Assembly (NCBI GenBank): GCA_963840035.1
Contig: CAWIXE010000002.1
Coordinates: forward strand, 960,001-1,024,000
Direction: 5' to 3'
DNA length: 64,000 bases
Origin: a candidate division FCPU426 bacterium
Lineage (GTDB): Bacteria; Oederibacteriota; PGYV01; Palsa-1178
A program made the translations under genes and the position numbers. Each line of letters starts with the position of its first letter. Position 1 is the first letter of the stretch. The notes beneath the pieces were generated by a model that searched no databases, was not told the origin of the DNA, and was given only the letters and a program-made list of their open reading frames with translations. This document shows positions 30,996-41,611 of the stretch, one piece after another.

Positions 30996-33555
30996 TTATT
31001 TTATCTGAGCAATCCATATCCTTGAAGCGCCGGGTGAAGGCATCCAGAAATCACTCCATGATATATAAGCAAGCACCTGTCCGTCATTTGACCAGGCCGG
31101 TGATTCTCCATAGAACTCGTACGGCAGAAGCGTCCACTTTTCCGCTCCGATGGCGTGTACGACTTTTACGTTTGTGACCGGGTTTATGAAATACGGAGCC
31201 TGATATGTCTCGTCAAAAGCCATTCTCTTTCCCTCGTTATCCCATGTCAGGTGATTGATGCTTCCTAAGGCAGTGTAAAGGTACATCGGCTGGGTTGCGT
31301 CGCTGTTTACAACCCATAATTCCTCCATATTAATTGTCCTGTCATACCACATGGATGGAATTTCCTTCTTCTTTACTATGAAAGCAACGCGCTCAGAATT
31401 AGGCGCCCATTCTATCTCCGTAATCGCGTGCTTTCCGGTGTACATCCTGGTCTTCAAGTCGCCATTCTTATCAAGCCGCCACAGCGCGCTTTCCTTTTTG
31501 TAATTAGCCCCGGTGACGACGTACTTGCCGTCATATGACCACTTTGGCTGTGCGAGCGTCTCGCATGTTTCCTGGAATATTTTTTTGTTCTTCTTTCCAT
31601 TGGGGTTTATGGTGAATATTTTCCAGATGTTGCCTGAATCAGTGAACTCCAGGGTTACCTGCTTCCTGCCGGCTGTCAGCCAGAATTTCGACGGTGTGAG
31701 CGTCTCCCTTGAGAGGTCTTTCTGGTTGGTTGTATTCGCGTTCATAATGACGAACTTGCCTTTTTTTACATATATGACCTTTGATTCGTCCGAGTTCCAA
31801 AGCGGAAAAAGGTCTTTATCTTTCTTGCGTGTGACATCCAGCGGCCTGGCGTTCTTGCCGTCTATGTCAGCAATCTTTAAATATGTATAACTGTCTGTCT
31901 TGGTGACATACAGAAGCTTATCACCCGCAGGCGACCATAACGGCATCAGCTTGCTCTCGCCTTTCGTGATCTGGTCTATGGACTGCTCCACAGTATCGGA
32001 AACCCACAGGTTCAGCCTGTCTTTTGAATCCGGCGCGTCAAATACAAAGCGCTTGCCATCAGGCGACCATGCGGTCTTATGCGTTAAAGGCGCGCAGGCC
32101 TTATCAATGATTACATTGAAATCCGCAAGCAGCGTCTTTGGCTTTCCCACCGGCAGGTTAAGTTTGTCTTTTTCCTCGTTCTTTTTTGCAAGATATATGG
32201 CTTTTTTATCAGGATTCATCTCGAGGAGTTTTTCAGCCTCTATCTCTTCAGCGGTCATTTTAACAACAACCGTGTTTGACTCGTCATCCTCTTCTATCTC
32301 AGGTTTCTTTTCCTTCTTTTCATCCCTGCTTAAGAGGGATATCTGCAGCGACACGCCCCATATGGACCTGGGCCCGTTTTCTTCTTCGCCCGCCGTAAAT
32401 ACAAGGAAGTTACCTTTTTTATTCCAGACCGGCGGGTCTATGTATTGCGGAAGTTTAAGTTCAGCCGTTGCGGAATTACCTTCAGGGTCGGTAAGCGTCC
32501 TGAGTTTTTCTCCAAGATTATATTCTATTTTTTCCTGCTGGCTTTTTGACACAGGCAGGTTCAGATTATACGACTGCCCTGTTATTTCCGCGTTCTCATC
32601 CGGCGGCAATGTTGTCATTCCGATGGAAAGAGCGTTCATTATATTGACTGAGCCTGATTTTTTCTTTTTATCGAACATGTCAAAGGCAAATGACCATGAA
32701 TCCCCTGACCAGCTTAAGTTGGCGGGCTTGTACTTGTACGAAGGCGTAATCTTGCCGAAGGTCATGACATCAAGCGGTTTCTCGTAAAAAATAGTGGCCG
32801 CGTACGCGAAGATGGCCAGAAAAAGAAGCACTATAGTTGAAATGGCTGTTATCCTGGTAGGATACCTGTCATCGTCTTTAAGCGGGTCCTTGGTAACAGA
32901 CATCATCACAAGTATGATGGCCGCCAATGCAAGAACAAAACTTGGGATAACAAAGTAGAAAATGAAACGCAGCTGCTGCCAGGAATATGAGCACCGCGCC
33001 GATGAACATATAAATGTCGGCAAGTATCTTTTCCTTGTTTTTCCTGACGTAAATCACAAAATCAATGGTAAAGAGCACAACAAAAACGCCCAAAGCGCCC
33101 AACAAAATGTACTTGTTTATGGTCATAGAGAACCTGTTAAAGAACTCCACGCCAAACACGCCTGCCAGCACCAGAAATACCGATGCCATGATGAATTTGG
33201 AAAGGAGTGATATGTTTTGCGGGTCTTTGCTGAATTTTTTCGCTATGCTTATATCGATGAAAACCGAGATTGCCAGCGCGAGCGCGCCCAATACCGCGGG
33301 AAGCGGTATGAATTCCTGGCCTTTGACGCCGAATACTATGCCGGCGAGTCCCGCTATCATAAGGATGAATTTAAAGACCGTAAAGAATATCCTGGTATCG
33401 AGGACCGACTGCTTTAACGCCTCATCCAGGTTCTTCGGCTCAGGCTCCGCGGCCTCGGGCGCTGTTGCCTCGCCTTCCGCGGGCGCCGCCTTTTGCTCGG
33501 CCGCGTCAAGCGGGTTCGGGGTTATATCTTTTGGTCCTTTTTCATTCTCAGCCAT
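30996..33555 (-). CDS. Multi-TM membrane protein with TolB-like (PD40) beta-propeller; apparent +1 frameshift at about 32966
   Basis: ORF 32878-33567 (TM helices) joins ORF 30996-33023 (WSPDGK, WSPAGD, WSYDGK, WSNDG repeats) if one T is removed; GGAGG before ATG 33555. Confidence 0.75.
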
Positions 33556-33587
33556 GATTGCCTCCAAGTGTTGTTATATTAAATTAA

Positions 33588-33636
33588 GTGCTATGTGCCG
33601 TGTGGCGCGTGCTAAGTGGTACGTGGTACGCGGCTT
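33588..33636. repeat. 7-bp-period array (GTGSTAN)
   Basis: gtgctat gtgccgt gtggcgc gtgctaa gtggtac gtggtac gcggctt. Confidence 0.75.
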
Positions 33637-33651
33637 GCGCCGGATACCATC

Positions 33652-34572
33652 TTAGTTCATTAAAAACTTCAGCGAATAACTGCCTGCGCTGCCTTTAAAA
33701 TTAAATGAGGGGATTTTCGAATCAAGCCAGGCTTCAACACCTGTCTTTTTCCTCTCGGCGATAACAAAAGGCCTGCCTTTTATCCCGGCCATTTCAGCCG
33801 CGCCTTCTATGGCGTCGTCTATGGAACCTATCTCGTCTACAAGGCCGAGTTCTTTGGCTTCCCTGCCCGTAAAGACCCTGCCGTCAGCAATGTTCTTAAG
33901 CATATATTCTTTTATTAATGCCCTTCTTTTTTTCTCATTTTTCTCTTTTATTTTGAAAGCGGCCGCGAGTTTCTCGTCCCTGCCGATTATGACGTCATCC
34001 ACAAACTGGTTTAAAACATCCGTAATAAGCCTCTGCATTATGGCCCTGTCTTCCTCAGTCACAGGCCGTGAAAAAGAACCGGTATCCTTGTATTTTCCGC
34101 TCTTTATAGTGGTGAAATTAACGCCTACTTTTCCCATGAGTTTTTCAGCGTTCATGAAACTCATTATGACGCCGATTGAGCCGGTCAGCGTGCCCGGGTT
34201 TGCGTATATCTTATCAGCGGCTGAAGCCAGGTAATAAGCGCCTGAAGCGCCAAGCTCGCCCATGGATACTATTATTTTTTTGCCTGAAGCTTTCACCTTA
34301 TTAATCTGCCTGTAAACTTCCTGAGAAGCCGCAACACCGCCGCCAGGGCTGTCCACGCGAAGGACAATGGCCTTTACAGAGGCGTTATCCTCATATGTTT
34401 TAAGGAGTTCAAGGATGTGGGTAGTGTCGATTATTTCACCGTAAATATTGATAAGAGCCACCTTTTTAACAAGAACCGGCGCGGAAGAAGCGCCCGCGTA
34501 ATCAACAGCCTTGCCAATAACCAAAAGAACAAGAATAACCGCGCATATTATTAAAATAACACGTTTTTGCAC
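33652..34572 (-). CDS. sppA: Signal peptide peptidase SppA (36K type)
   Basis: RVDSPGG, ASGAYYLA, TGSIGV, GKYKD, GLVDEIG. Confidence 0.95.
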   Translation of the reverse strand: MQKRVILIICAVILVLLVIGKAVDYAGASSAPVLVKKVALINIYGEIIDTTHILELLKTYEDNASVKAIVLRVDSPGGGVAASQEVYRQINKVKASGKKIIVSMGELGASGAYYLASAADKIYANPGTLTGSIGVIMSFMNAEKLMGKVGVNFTTIKSGKYKDTGSFSRPVTEEDRAIMQRLITDVLNQFVDDVIIGRDEKLAAAFKIKEKNEKKRRALIKEYMLKNIADGRVFTGREAKELGLVDEIGSIDDAIEGAAEMAGIKGRPFVIAERKKTGVEAWLDSKIPSFNFKGSAGSYSLKFLMN

Positions 34573-34616
34573 TATAAAACTCCTTATATTAAATGATAAA
34601 TATAAAAATATGCTAT

Positions 34617-34645
34617 ATTTTAATAGTTTTTTGGGTTTAAGTCAA
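34617..34645 (-). promoter_or_regulatory. Sigma70-like promoter for sppA
   Basis: TTGACT-17bp-TAAAAT. Confidence 0.6.
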
Positions 34646-34719
34646 GAATAATAAAGAAAAAGCAATGGGCTATGAACTAAAGCTATGTGTACTGTTAACA
34701 TGTTCTATTTAAAGTCTAT

Positions 34720-34879
34720 GTTTGTCATTGCGAGGAGGCGTTTTTGTAATTTGCCGACGAAGTCCTTCGACTTCGCTCAGGACCATGAGCCTGTCGAATG
34801 GCAATCCCGCTGTTCCAGAAGGAGAAAACGCGATTGCTTCGTCGCCATAAGTCAACTACGGTTCCTCGCAATGACAAAC
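34720..34879. repeat. Composite REP-like element, family A (copy 1)
   Basis: 17-bp terminal inverted repeat gtttgtcattgcgagga/tcctcgcaatgacaaac; internal hairpins; second copy at 50617-50765. Confidence 0.9.
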
Positions 34880-34967
34880 TGTAAACATATTTTTTTAATA
34901 TTATAAGTATACGCCATGAATAAAAAATCATTGTATTAACTAATTGCTCATAGCTTATCGCTTAATA

Positions 34968-36824
34968 CTAAAAAGGAATTACCCCGCCCACCAGCAACTG
35001 TATATTCCCCGCCGACATTGAATCCACTCCGTCAGGAAGCGGGCTGCTCATTATGGATGTGTAGCCAATGAGCCCGTCCAGCTGGATTTTTCCCATGGCA
35101 TATCCCGCGCCAAGCGTTATTGTAAGGTCGTTTTGGTTGGGATTATCAGCGGTGCCCGGCGCCGGGCCGCTTACTCCTCCGGCTTTGGTTTTTTCAGAGG
35201 TTGTTGAAAAAGATAAACCGGCCCTTAACGCAAGCTCCCTGGAGAGCTTGTATTCACAACCGGCAGACGCTTTAATTGTGGATTTATCGTCAGTTGACTC
35301 GCCTCCGGTGTACTTCGCCCCCTGTCCGTTATTTTCAAATTTAAATTCAACGGGTATGAGCAGTGATTCTGAAAGGTTCATCGTCGTGCCGGCTGCTATG
35401 CCGAGATAGCCAAGCGATATTGTTGTGGGATCCGTATCGGTTGAACTGCTGAAATATTTATACCCCGCGCCTCCTAACTGCACGCCGAGGCCCAGCGTAA
35501 ATATTCCGAACCTGTAACGTCCCTTAACTCCGAAGTTCATAAGGGATCCGTCCTTTGCCGGGCTGTATGCAGGCAAATCAGTCGTTGTTGACGCTCCGGT
35601 GCTTATTGTCGTTACAGTCCGTTTGGATGTTGACTTTCCGCCAATCCCGGCTGTCATGCCGAACCCCGCGAGCAATTCAAGATTATCCTTTTCATAAGCG
35701 CCGGCAAGCGATACATTAACTCCTGATGCGGCAATATCCGTGACTGTCGCCACATGAAATCCCATCATCTCATATGTGTCTGTAACTTTAATATTCCGCA
35801 GGTCTATATATGTCTGCGCGCTGTTTACCGAAGGCGCGCTGTATAATGTCATGGAAGCTCCCGGCCATGGCGCGAGCGAGCTTTTATCCGAAACCATCAA
35901 TCCTGCCGTAACTTTTCCTGCCGACGCGGCTAATTCAGGGACATATGAGGCTGAAAGCCCCCACTCAATCTGGCTTGTCTCTGTTTTTGTGAGCGCGCCA
36001 AAAGCCAGGTCGCCAATTTCGTCAAACCATCCTCCGTTATAGCCGGCATATACGCCGGCTGAAAATCCGCGGAAGATCAGTCTTGAGTACTCAACCTGAG
36101 TCATAAGCACATTCGCAGGCGCCTTGACTTCCGTTGAGAATCCGCCGCCGGACATTTTTGTGGCAAGCCCTACGTTCATATAGAATAATTTCAGGTTAAG
36201 GACATCACTGTTTGTCAGCCAGTACGTGACAGCGCTATAATTCCTTACCGGATCGGCCGACAGCGGGAATCCGCCGCCGCCCAATTCAAATGTGGAGTCA
36301 ATAGGGGGTGATGACACGGACTTTGACCAGGCGCTGAAATAACCTGTTATTGCAGAGGCCAGGTTCTTTCTCGGCCTTAAAACAAGGCCCGAAGCGAATC
36401 CGGTACCGCCGTACATGTCAAAAGCCGACGACGCGTCGCGCAGTGTAAGCTCAGGGGCGCCCAGCGCAGCCATCCTGCTGTAACTGCCGTTGTAATAATA
36501 AGCGCCGCCGCCTGCCGCGCCGCGGGGTTTTAAGGAATCAATGTATTTCTTAAGAGCCGGTGATTTTTTTATTTCATATGATTTTTCCAGGTATTGCGCC
36601 GCGCCTGCCCTGTCCTTCATGGCCAGCCTGCAGTACCCCATATACATAAAAGCCGCAGCGTTTTTGGGGTTTAAAGACGCAGCGCCTTCAAAAGCCGTAA
36701 AAGCGGCTGAATACTTCTTTTGGGCATATAGCTTCGAGCCATTTTCCATATAGGTTTTTTCAGAAATACCGAACAACGAAATCGAAAACATGAACAGAAT
36801 GATTATAATTGCGTTTTTTTTCAT
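34968..36824 (-). CDS. N-terminal TPR + FadL/PorV-like outer-membrane beta-barrel
   Basis: Signal peptide, TPRs, SRMAALG hatch-like motif, Gly/aromatic strands, terminal Phe. Confidence 0.65.
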   Translation of the reverse strand: MKKNAIIIILFMFSISLFGISEKTYMENGSKLYAQKKYSAAFTAFEGAASLNPKNAAAFMYMGYCRLAMKDRAGAAQYLEKSYEIKKSPALKKYIDSLKPRGAAGGGAYYYNGSYSRMAALGAPELTLRDASSAFDMYGGTGFASGLVLRPRKNLASAITGYFSAWSKSVSSPPIDSTFELGGGGFPLSADPVRNYSAVTYWLTNSDVLNLKLFYMNVGLATKMSGGGFSTEVKAPANVLMTQVEYSRLIFRGFSAGVYAGYNGGWFDEIGDLAFGALTKTETSQIEWGLSASYVPELAASAGKVTAGLMVSDKSSLAPWPGASMTLYSAPSVNSAQTYIDLRNIKVTDTYEMMGFHVATVTDIAASGVNVSLAGAYEKDNLELLAGFGMTAGIGGKSTSKRTVTTISTGASTTTDLPAYSPAKDGSLMNFGVKGRYRFGIFTLGLGVQLGGAGYKYFSSSTDTDPTTISLGYLGIAAGTTMNLSESLLIPVEFKFENNGQGAKYTGGESTDDKSTIKASAGCEYKLSRELALRAGLSFSTTSEKTKAGGVSGPAPGTADNPNQNDLTITLGAGYAMGKIQLDGLIGYTSIMSSPLPDGVDSMSAGNIQLLVGGVIPF

Positions 36825-36881
36825 ATAAACACCTCTCCCTTTTTTTATATATTAACATGAAAAACGGGGGGTGTAAAGACC

Positions 36882-36954
36882 ATTGACAATTGTTGATTGA
36901 CGATTGACAATTAATTACTACAACAATCAAAAAAGCAATTGTCAATTGTCAATT
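36882..36954. repeat. 7-bp-period inverted array (ATTGACA / TGTCAAT)
   Basis: attgaca attgttg attgacg attgaca att ... aattgtc aattgtc aatt; the arm contains the PilZ gene's TGA stop. Confidence 0.8.
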
Positions 36955-37362
36955 ACTTTCTGGATTTAACAAATAATTCCACACCGACTCAAACTGGTTC
37001 TTGAAATATGCCTCCATGTAACGCCTTTCTTCTTCAGTCATTGCCGCGAATTCGAGGCCTATGCTGTACTGCATGCTTTCTTCGCCAAGGAATATGTGCC
37101 CGTTCCACACTACCTCGCAAACCGCGTGTATTTCCTTTCCGTCAAGGATAAAATCCACCCTTAATATGTCGCCGGGCTGGAACTTGTCATAGGTAAGGAT
37201 GCCTATGCCGCCTTCCGAGATATCATGGCCTTTGGCTTTTACAAACTGTTCATGTTCGACCGCTTCAGCGCCCATCCTTAAGATTTTGTATTTAACATCC
37301 CTGTTCATCGGAAGCCTTTGCGCCTTTCTTCTCTCTTTTAACATAAGGTCCATAGAATCCAC
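36949..37362 (-). CDS. PilZ-domain (c-di-GMP receptor) protein
   Basis: ERRKAQRL (RxxxR) and DISEGG (DxSxxG). Confidence 0.9.
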   Translation of the reverse strand: MDSMDLMLKERRKAQRLPMNRDVKYKILRMGAEAVEHEQFVKAKGHDISEGGIGILTYDKFQPGDILRVDFILDGKEIHAVCEVVWNGHIFLGEESMQYSIGLEFAAMTEEERRYMEAYFKNQFESVWNYLLNPESN

Positions 37363-37369
37363 CTCCCTG

Positions 37370-39295
37370 CTATTTTAGGATTACCATCTTTTTTGTTATC
37401 GTTTTACCCTGCGCCGATACCTTTATCAGGTACACGCCGCTTGCGGCTTTCATTCCGCGCTCATTGTCAAGGTTCCATACAACTTCGTTAATCCCCGGCC
37501 GGGTGGCCGCGGCTGTAAGGGTTTTAGCCCAGACCGGCTTATTATTGATATCGGTAATCAACATACCCGCCTCACAGCTTTCCTTTAGGGGGAACCTTAT
37601 CGTTGTAAAATCCCGGCACGGGTTTGGATAGTTATAAGTCTCTGCCGGGTCAAGGGTCTCATAACGAGATTCAACAACTATTGGCGCCGGATTTTTATCC
37701 GCAAGGACAAAAACCCTAGCGCATTTCTTGCGGGTGTCAATGGCATACTCAACGCCGCATTTCCCGCAGTAAATAATGACACCTTCCGGGAAACCCCTGG
37801 TTAAGAACAACCTGAATAAATTGTCGGCAATTACGCCAAAGTTGGACTTATTGCATCCTTTTTCAGCCATATTGAATTCGCATGATTTTATGGCATGGCC
37901 CTTTGACGGCAGTTCTATATAAATCTTTTCAAGCTTTGTAAAATGGTCATGGGACATCCTGAACCTGAAAACATGCATGCATTTAACTGCTGTCGTTGCC
38001 GGAGTTATTTCGGTTGTGGGCACTTGTGTAGGCATCACGGTTGCCGTCTCTTTAATTATTACAACCACTGTCGCTGTTTCAGTTGGTGTTTGTGTAAATG
38101 TTTCTGTATCAACAGGCGTTTCAGTAAACGTTTCAGTATTGGTTGGCGTTTCAGTAAACGTTTCAGTATTGGTTGGCGTTTCAGTAAACGTTTCAGTATT
38201 GGTTGGCGTTTCAGTGAAGATTTCAGTATTGGTTTGTGTTTCAGTGAAAGTCTCAGTATCAGCAGGAGTCTCCGTGAACGTCTCCGTGGCTGTAAATGTT
38301 TCCACAGGCAGCTGCGTCGGTTCTTCAATACGCAGTTCAAAAACAGCTACGCCTTCAGGATAGTTAAACTGCCCCGGCAACGGGCCCTTTACAGCCCCGA
38401 AACTCTTTTCAAACAGTCCATCGGAATTAAATTTCTGTACCCTGTTATTGCCGGCGTCAGCCACATATACATAACCCTCTGAATCCACTGATATGCCGTA
38501 TATGTCGCCAAACTGCCCCGCAGCCGCGCCTTTGCTTCCCCATTTTAATTCAAACGCGCCCTCGCGCGAGAACCTCTGCACCCTGTAATTATTCGCGTCA
38601 GCCACATATACCCTGCCGCTGCTGTCGATTGCGGCGGCGCGCGGGTAATTGAACTTGCCTTCCGCCGACCCTATTCCGCCGATTATCTGAAGCGCGTTGC
38701 CGAACGCGTCAAGTTTTTTAACCCTGTTATTTAAAGTATCACATACATATATCAGTCCTGTAACGGTGTCAACTGCCACACCCTGGGGGTTATTGTAGTC
38801 CATGATACCGCTGCCGGCCTTTGTTGAGCCAAAAGTCATAGCCCATGTACCGTCAGCGTTTAAGACCTGTATTCTGTTGTTTCCGGTGTCAGCCACTACC
38901 ACGCGTTCAAGCCCGTCAGTGACTATAACTGCAATGCTGTTCGGGCTGGAAAAACCGCCATTAAGCTTGCTGCTTGCCGGCCCGCCCCAGGTCCCGCGCC
39001 AGTTTCCTGAAGTGTCAAATACCTGCAGCCTGTTATTACCCGTATCAGCTACATATATAAGGCCGCTTGCCATTCCTGCCGCAATGGAACCCGGATAACT
39101 AAACTGGCTTACCCCGCTGCCTTTTGAGCCCCATGACATAATAACATTGCCGTCAAAATCCATTGATTGGATCCTGTAATTTGAGGTATCAGAGATGAAT
39201 ATCGAGCGGATTGTCTGGGCTTGTGTATTATTTGCCAGGAGTAAAAGTACTGTAAGGCTGGTCAGCGTTTGTAGGAGTGATTTTTCTGTTTTCAT
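37370..39295 (-). CDS. Secreted NHL-repeat protein with Thr-rich linker and T9SS-type-A/FlgD-Ig C-terminal domain
   Basis: Six NHL repeats (YVADTGNNRIQ); TETFTETPTN repeats; YNYPNP...WNL.N..G...ASGVYL...KKMVILK; AGGAGGTG RBS before 39295. Confidence 0.85.
   Translation of the reverse strand: MKTEKSLLQTLTSLTVLLLLANNTQAQTIRSIFISDTSNYRIQSMDFDGNVIMSWGSKGSGVSQFSYPGSIAAGMASGLIYVADTGNNRLQVFDTSGNWRGTWGGPASSKLNGGFSSPNSIAVIVTDGLERVVVADTGNNRIQVLNADGTWAMTFGSTKAGSGIMDYNNPQGVAVDTVTGLIYVCDTLNNRVKKLDAFGNALQIIGGIGSAEGKFNYPRAAAIDSSGRVYVADANNYRVQRFSREGAFELKWGSKGAAAGQFGDIYGISVDSEGYVYVADAGNNRVQKFNSDGLFEKSFGAVKGPLPGQFNYPEGVAVFELRIEEPTQLPVETFTATETFTETPADTETFTETQTNTEIFTETPTNTETFTETPTNTETFTETPTNTETFTETPVDTETFTQTPTETATVVVIIKETATVMPTQVPTTEITPATTAVKCMHVFRFRMSHDHFTKLEKIYIELPSKGHAIKSCEFNMAEKGCNKSNFGVIADNLFRLFLTRGFPEGVIIYCGKCGVEYAIDTRKKCARVFVLADKNPAPIVVESRYETLDPAETYNYPNPCRDFTTIRFPLKESCEAGMLITDINNKPVWAKTLTAAATRPGINEVVWNLDNERGMKAASGVYLIKVSAQGKTITKKMVILK
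38076..38300. repeat. Intragenic 30-bp tandem repeat (TETFTETPTN)
   Basis: ggcgtttcagtaaacgtttcagtattggtt near-perfect core with degenerate flanking units. Confidence 0.9.
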
Positions 39296-39331
39296 GTCGC
39301 TCACCTCCTTCGCAGTTCCCCTCTCATTTGT

Positions 39332-39360
39332 AATATAGCTCACAAATGATTTTTTGTCAA
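39332..39360 (-). promoter_or_regulatory. Sigma70-like promoter
   Basis: TTGACA-17bp-TATATT. Confidence 0.6.
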
Positions 39361-39471
39361 GTATTATGTTAAGTATATTGTTAGTATTTAACTAAAGTGC
39401 ACGAAAACGCCACTAAAATATGGTGAATTTTTGAAATATCGAATATTGTGTTTTTTGATTTTTTGCGTTTT

Positions 39472-41610
39472 TTAAAAATTATAGGTTAATGATATTCCCA
39501 CATTTTCCATATCCAGCATGGGCGCAAACCCTATCTTATTTTCCTTTGCTATTCTTTCGCTTCTGTTGGTATAAACCGCGTTGTAAACCGCGGTATAGCC
39601 GGGCGCGGAAGCCACATCAGCAAGATATGAAATTCCAAATAAAGCAATACCCGCATAGCGCATAAAATCCTGCGTCGTATTCCCTGTTTTTGTCCCCGGG
39701 TTGGCGAGGTATAACACCGCGCCAAGCGCTTCAACGCCTGCCAGAGTAAACGCCGTTGAATAATTTTCCGCGTAAAAATTACCCGCGCCATGCGCGAGCA
39801 GTCCGGGGCCGGCCGCTATTAAAAACGCGATGCCCGGTTCCTTTTCATCTTTCTTTTCCGTTACCTTATACGGGCTGTTCGGGCAAAGAAGCTGTTTGTA
39901 ATATTCCGAATTGACATTATCGGTATGCAGCAGCGAGCCATAAAGGTCTATGCACCTCATGACGGTGTAAACGCCGATTGCGGAATACATAAAACCCTGC
40001 GCGATCTTTTTATTATCATCGCCGGCTTTTCCGTTATAAATCATTCCCACCCCGTATGTAATGCCCGTTAAAATCGGCGTGGCAATAAGCAGCTTAAGCG
40101 CTGTCTCGTTATCGCCCGCCCACCAGTGCCCTGCTCCGGGAATAATTCCGGCGGTAAGCGAGAATACGGAAGTAAGGGCCGGGTCTTTGTATTCCACCCT
40201 TTCCTTTTCAACTTTAAGCTCCATCGTTTTTATCTTATTAAGGTACAGCTCCGCGTTCTCGGTTGCCACAAAAGGAGCCGTGACATAATCAGTCAAAAGC
40301 CCCGCCGCCATCATGCCGGCTCCTGCTGACATAAGCGCGTAATCGGATTTTTCCGTATTTTCAAATTTACCGTTGATTATGGCGCCGGCCGTGATAAGCA
40401 TGCCGCCCACTATGGTAAGCGACGAAGACGCGGGCGTCCATGTCTGCAGCCTGCTCCGCGAATAGAAATTACCGAACCCGGCGTAAAGCAGGTTTATGGG
40501 AAAAAGGTCTATGTACGAAAACATATGGGCCGAGAAAGGCGATTTAAACTCCTCATCAACATTCCTCCCCGCGTAAATCTTGTCCATACCCGCCGCGTGC
40601 GACGCCTCAAGTTTTGTGAGGTATGACGCGGTGGAAACATCGCCCGGATTATAAGACAGGTATTTTTTATAGAAAACTATTGCCTGCTCTTTATTGCCGA
40701 AAGAAACATAACAGTTGCCGAGGCGCTGATACGCCTGGTATATGCCCGCGTTGAGTTTTACAACCTCGGAATAGGCGTAGAATGCCTGCTTGTAGTTGCG
40801 CTGAGATTCCAGGGCCAGCCCTTTTTTATAATACTCCTGCGCCTTTGCCTTATTATCGTCAACCGGCGCTATTTTACCCGCTTCTTCAGCCAGTTTTTTA
40901 TTTTGTTCTTCAAGTTTTTTCGCGTTTTCCTGCTGTTTTTTCTCGCTCTCGCGCTGCTGCTCTTCAAGCTGTTTCTGAGCGTCCTTCTGCTGCTGTTCAT
41001 ACTGGCGCTGCTGTTCCTCGGTGCGTTTCTTCGCGTCCTGCTGCTGTTGTTCATACTGACGCTTCTGTTCCTCAGTACGGTTTTTGGCGTCCTGTTGCTG
41101 CTGTTCGTACTGGCGTTTCTGTTCTTCAGTACGGTTCTTCGCGTCTTTCTGCTGCTGTTCATACTGCCGTTGCTGCTCTTCAGTTCGTTTTTTTGCGTCC
41201 TGTACCTGCTGTTCATTCTTTCGTTTCTGTTCTTCAGCCTGTTTCTTAGCTTCATTTAAGCGCTCTTCATAGCGTTTCTGGCTGTCATCAGCCGCCATTT
41301 TTGAGTCTTTATTCTTCTGTTCGACAGCCTTTAACTGTTCTTCCTTTTTTGCCTTCAGCGCTTCCTGATTCTTTTTATAGGCTTCCTGCCTTGCTTTATA
41401 ATCAGCAAGCTTCTTATTATAAGCCTGCTGTGTAGCCTGCGCCACTGCCGCCTTTATCTTAGAAACTACAGGCTTTACAGTTTTGACTGGAACCGCTTTA
41501 ACCGCAGGTTTAACCGTAGGTATTGCCGTAGGCTTAACCGTAGAAGCAGCCGCTCCAAAGAGCATATTTGCCGAAGCCAAAAGCACAATTAGCAGTATAT
41601 ATTTTCTCAT
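39472..41610 (-). CDS. Exported protein: 18-aa-repeat coiled coil, TPRs, repeated hydrophobic hairpin domains
   Basis: Signal peptide; DAK.RTEEQ.RQYEQQQ repeats; TPR; three (P)GxG(H/N)(F/W)(Y/W) modules; ends ISLTYNF. Confidence 0.75.
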   Translation of the reverse strand: MRKYILLIVLLASANMLFGAAASTVKPTAIPTVKPAVKAVPVKTVKPVVSKIKAAVAQATQQAYNKKLADYKARQEAYKKNQEALKAKKEEQLKAVEQKNKDSKMAADDSQKRYEERLNEAKKQAEEQKRKNEQQVQDAKKRTEEQQRQYEQQQKDAKNRTEEQKRQYEQQQQDAKNRTEEQKRQYEQQQQDAKKRTEEQQRQYEQQQKDAQKQLEEQQRESEKKQQENAKKLEEQNKKLAEEAGKIAPVDDNKAKAQEYYKKGLALESQRNYKQAFYAYSEVVKLNAGIYQAYQRLGNCYVSFGNKEQAIVFYKKYLSYNPGDVSTASYLTKLEASHAAGMDKIYAGRNVDEEFKSPFSAHMFSYIDLFPINLLYAGFGNFYSRSRLQTWTPASSSLTIVGGMLITAGAIINGKFENTEKSDYALMSAGAGMMAAGLLTDYVTAPFVATENAELYLNKIKTMELKVEKERVEYKDPALTSVFSLTAGIIPGAGHWWAGDNETALKLLIATPILTGITYGVGMIYNGKAGDDNKKIAQGFMYSAIGVYTVMRCIDLYGSLLHTDNVNSEYYKQLLCPNSPYKVTEKKDEKEPGIAFLIAAGPGLLAHGAGNFYAENYSTAFTLAGVEALGAVLYLANPGTKTGNTTQDFMRYAGIALFGISYLADVASAPGYTAVYNAVYTNRSERIAKENKIGFAPMLDMENVGISLTYNF
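40960..41250. repeat. Intragenic 54-bp tandem repeat
   Basis: Encodes about five QDAKNRTEEQKRQYEQQQ-like units. Confidence 0.85.
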
Positions 41611-41611
41611 A

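Noticed and set aside
34685..34931. Short ORFs over repeat elements (also 5725-5985, 50509-50829, 54741-55013, 43105-43540)
   Set aside because: Translations of palindromic or heptamer repeats; no evidence of coding
38076..41250. Tandem repeats as a CRISPR array
   Set aside because: Units are contiguous, in-frame coding repeats with no unique spacers and no cas genes
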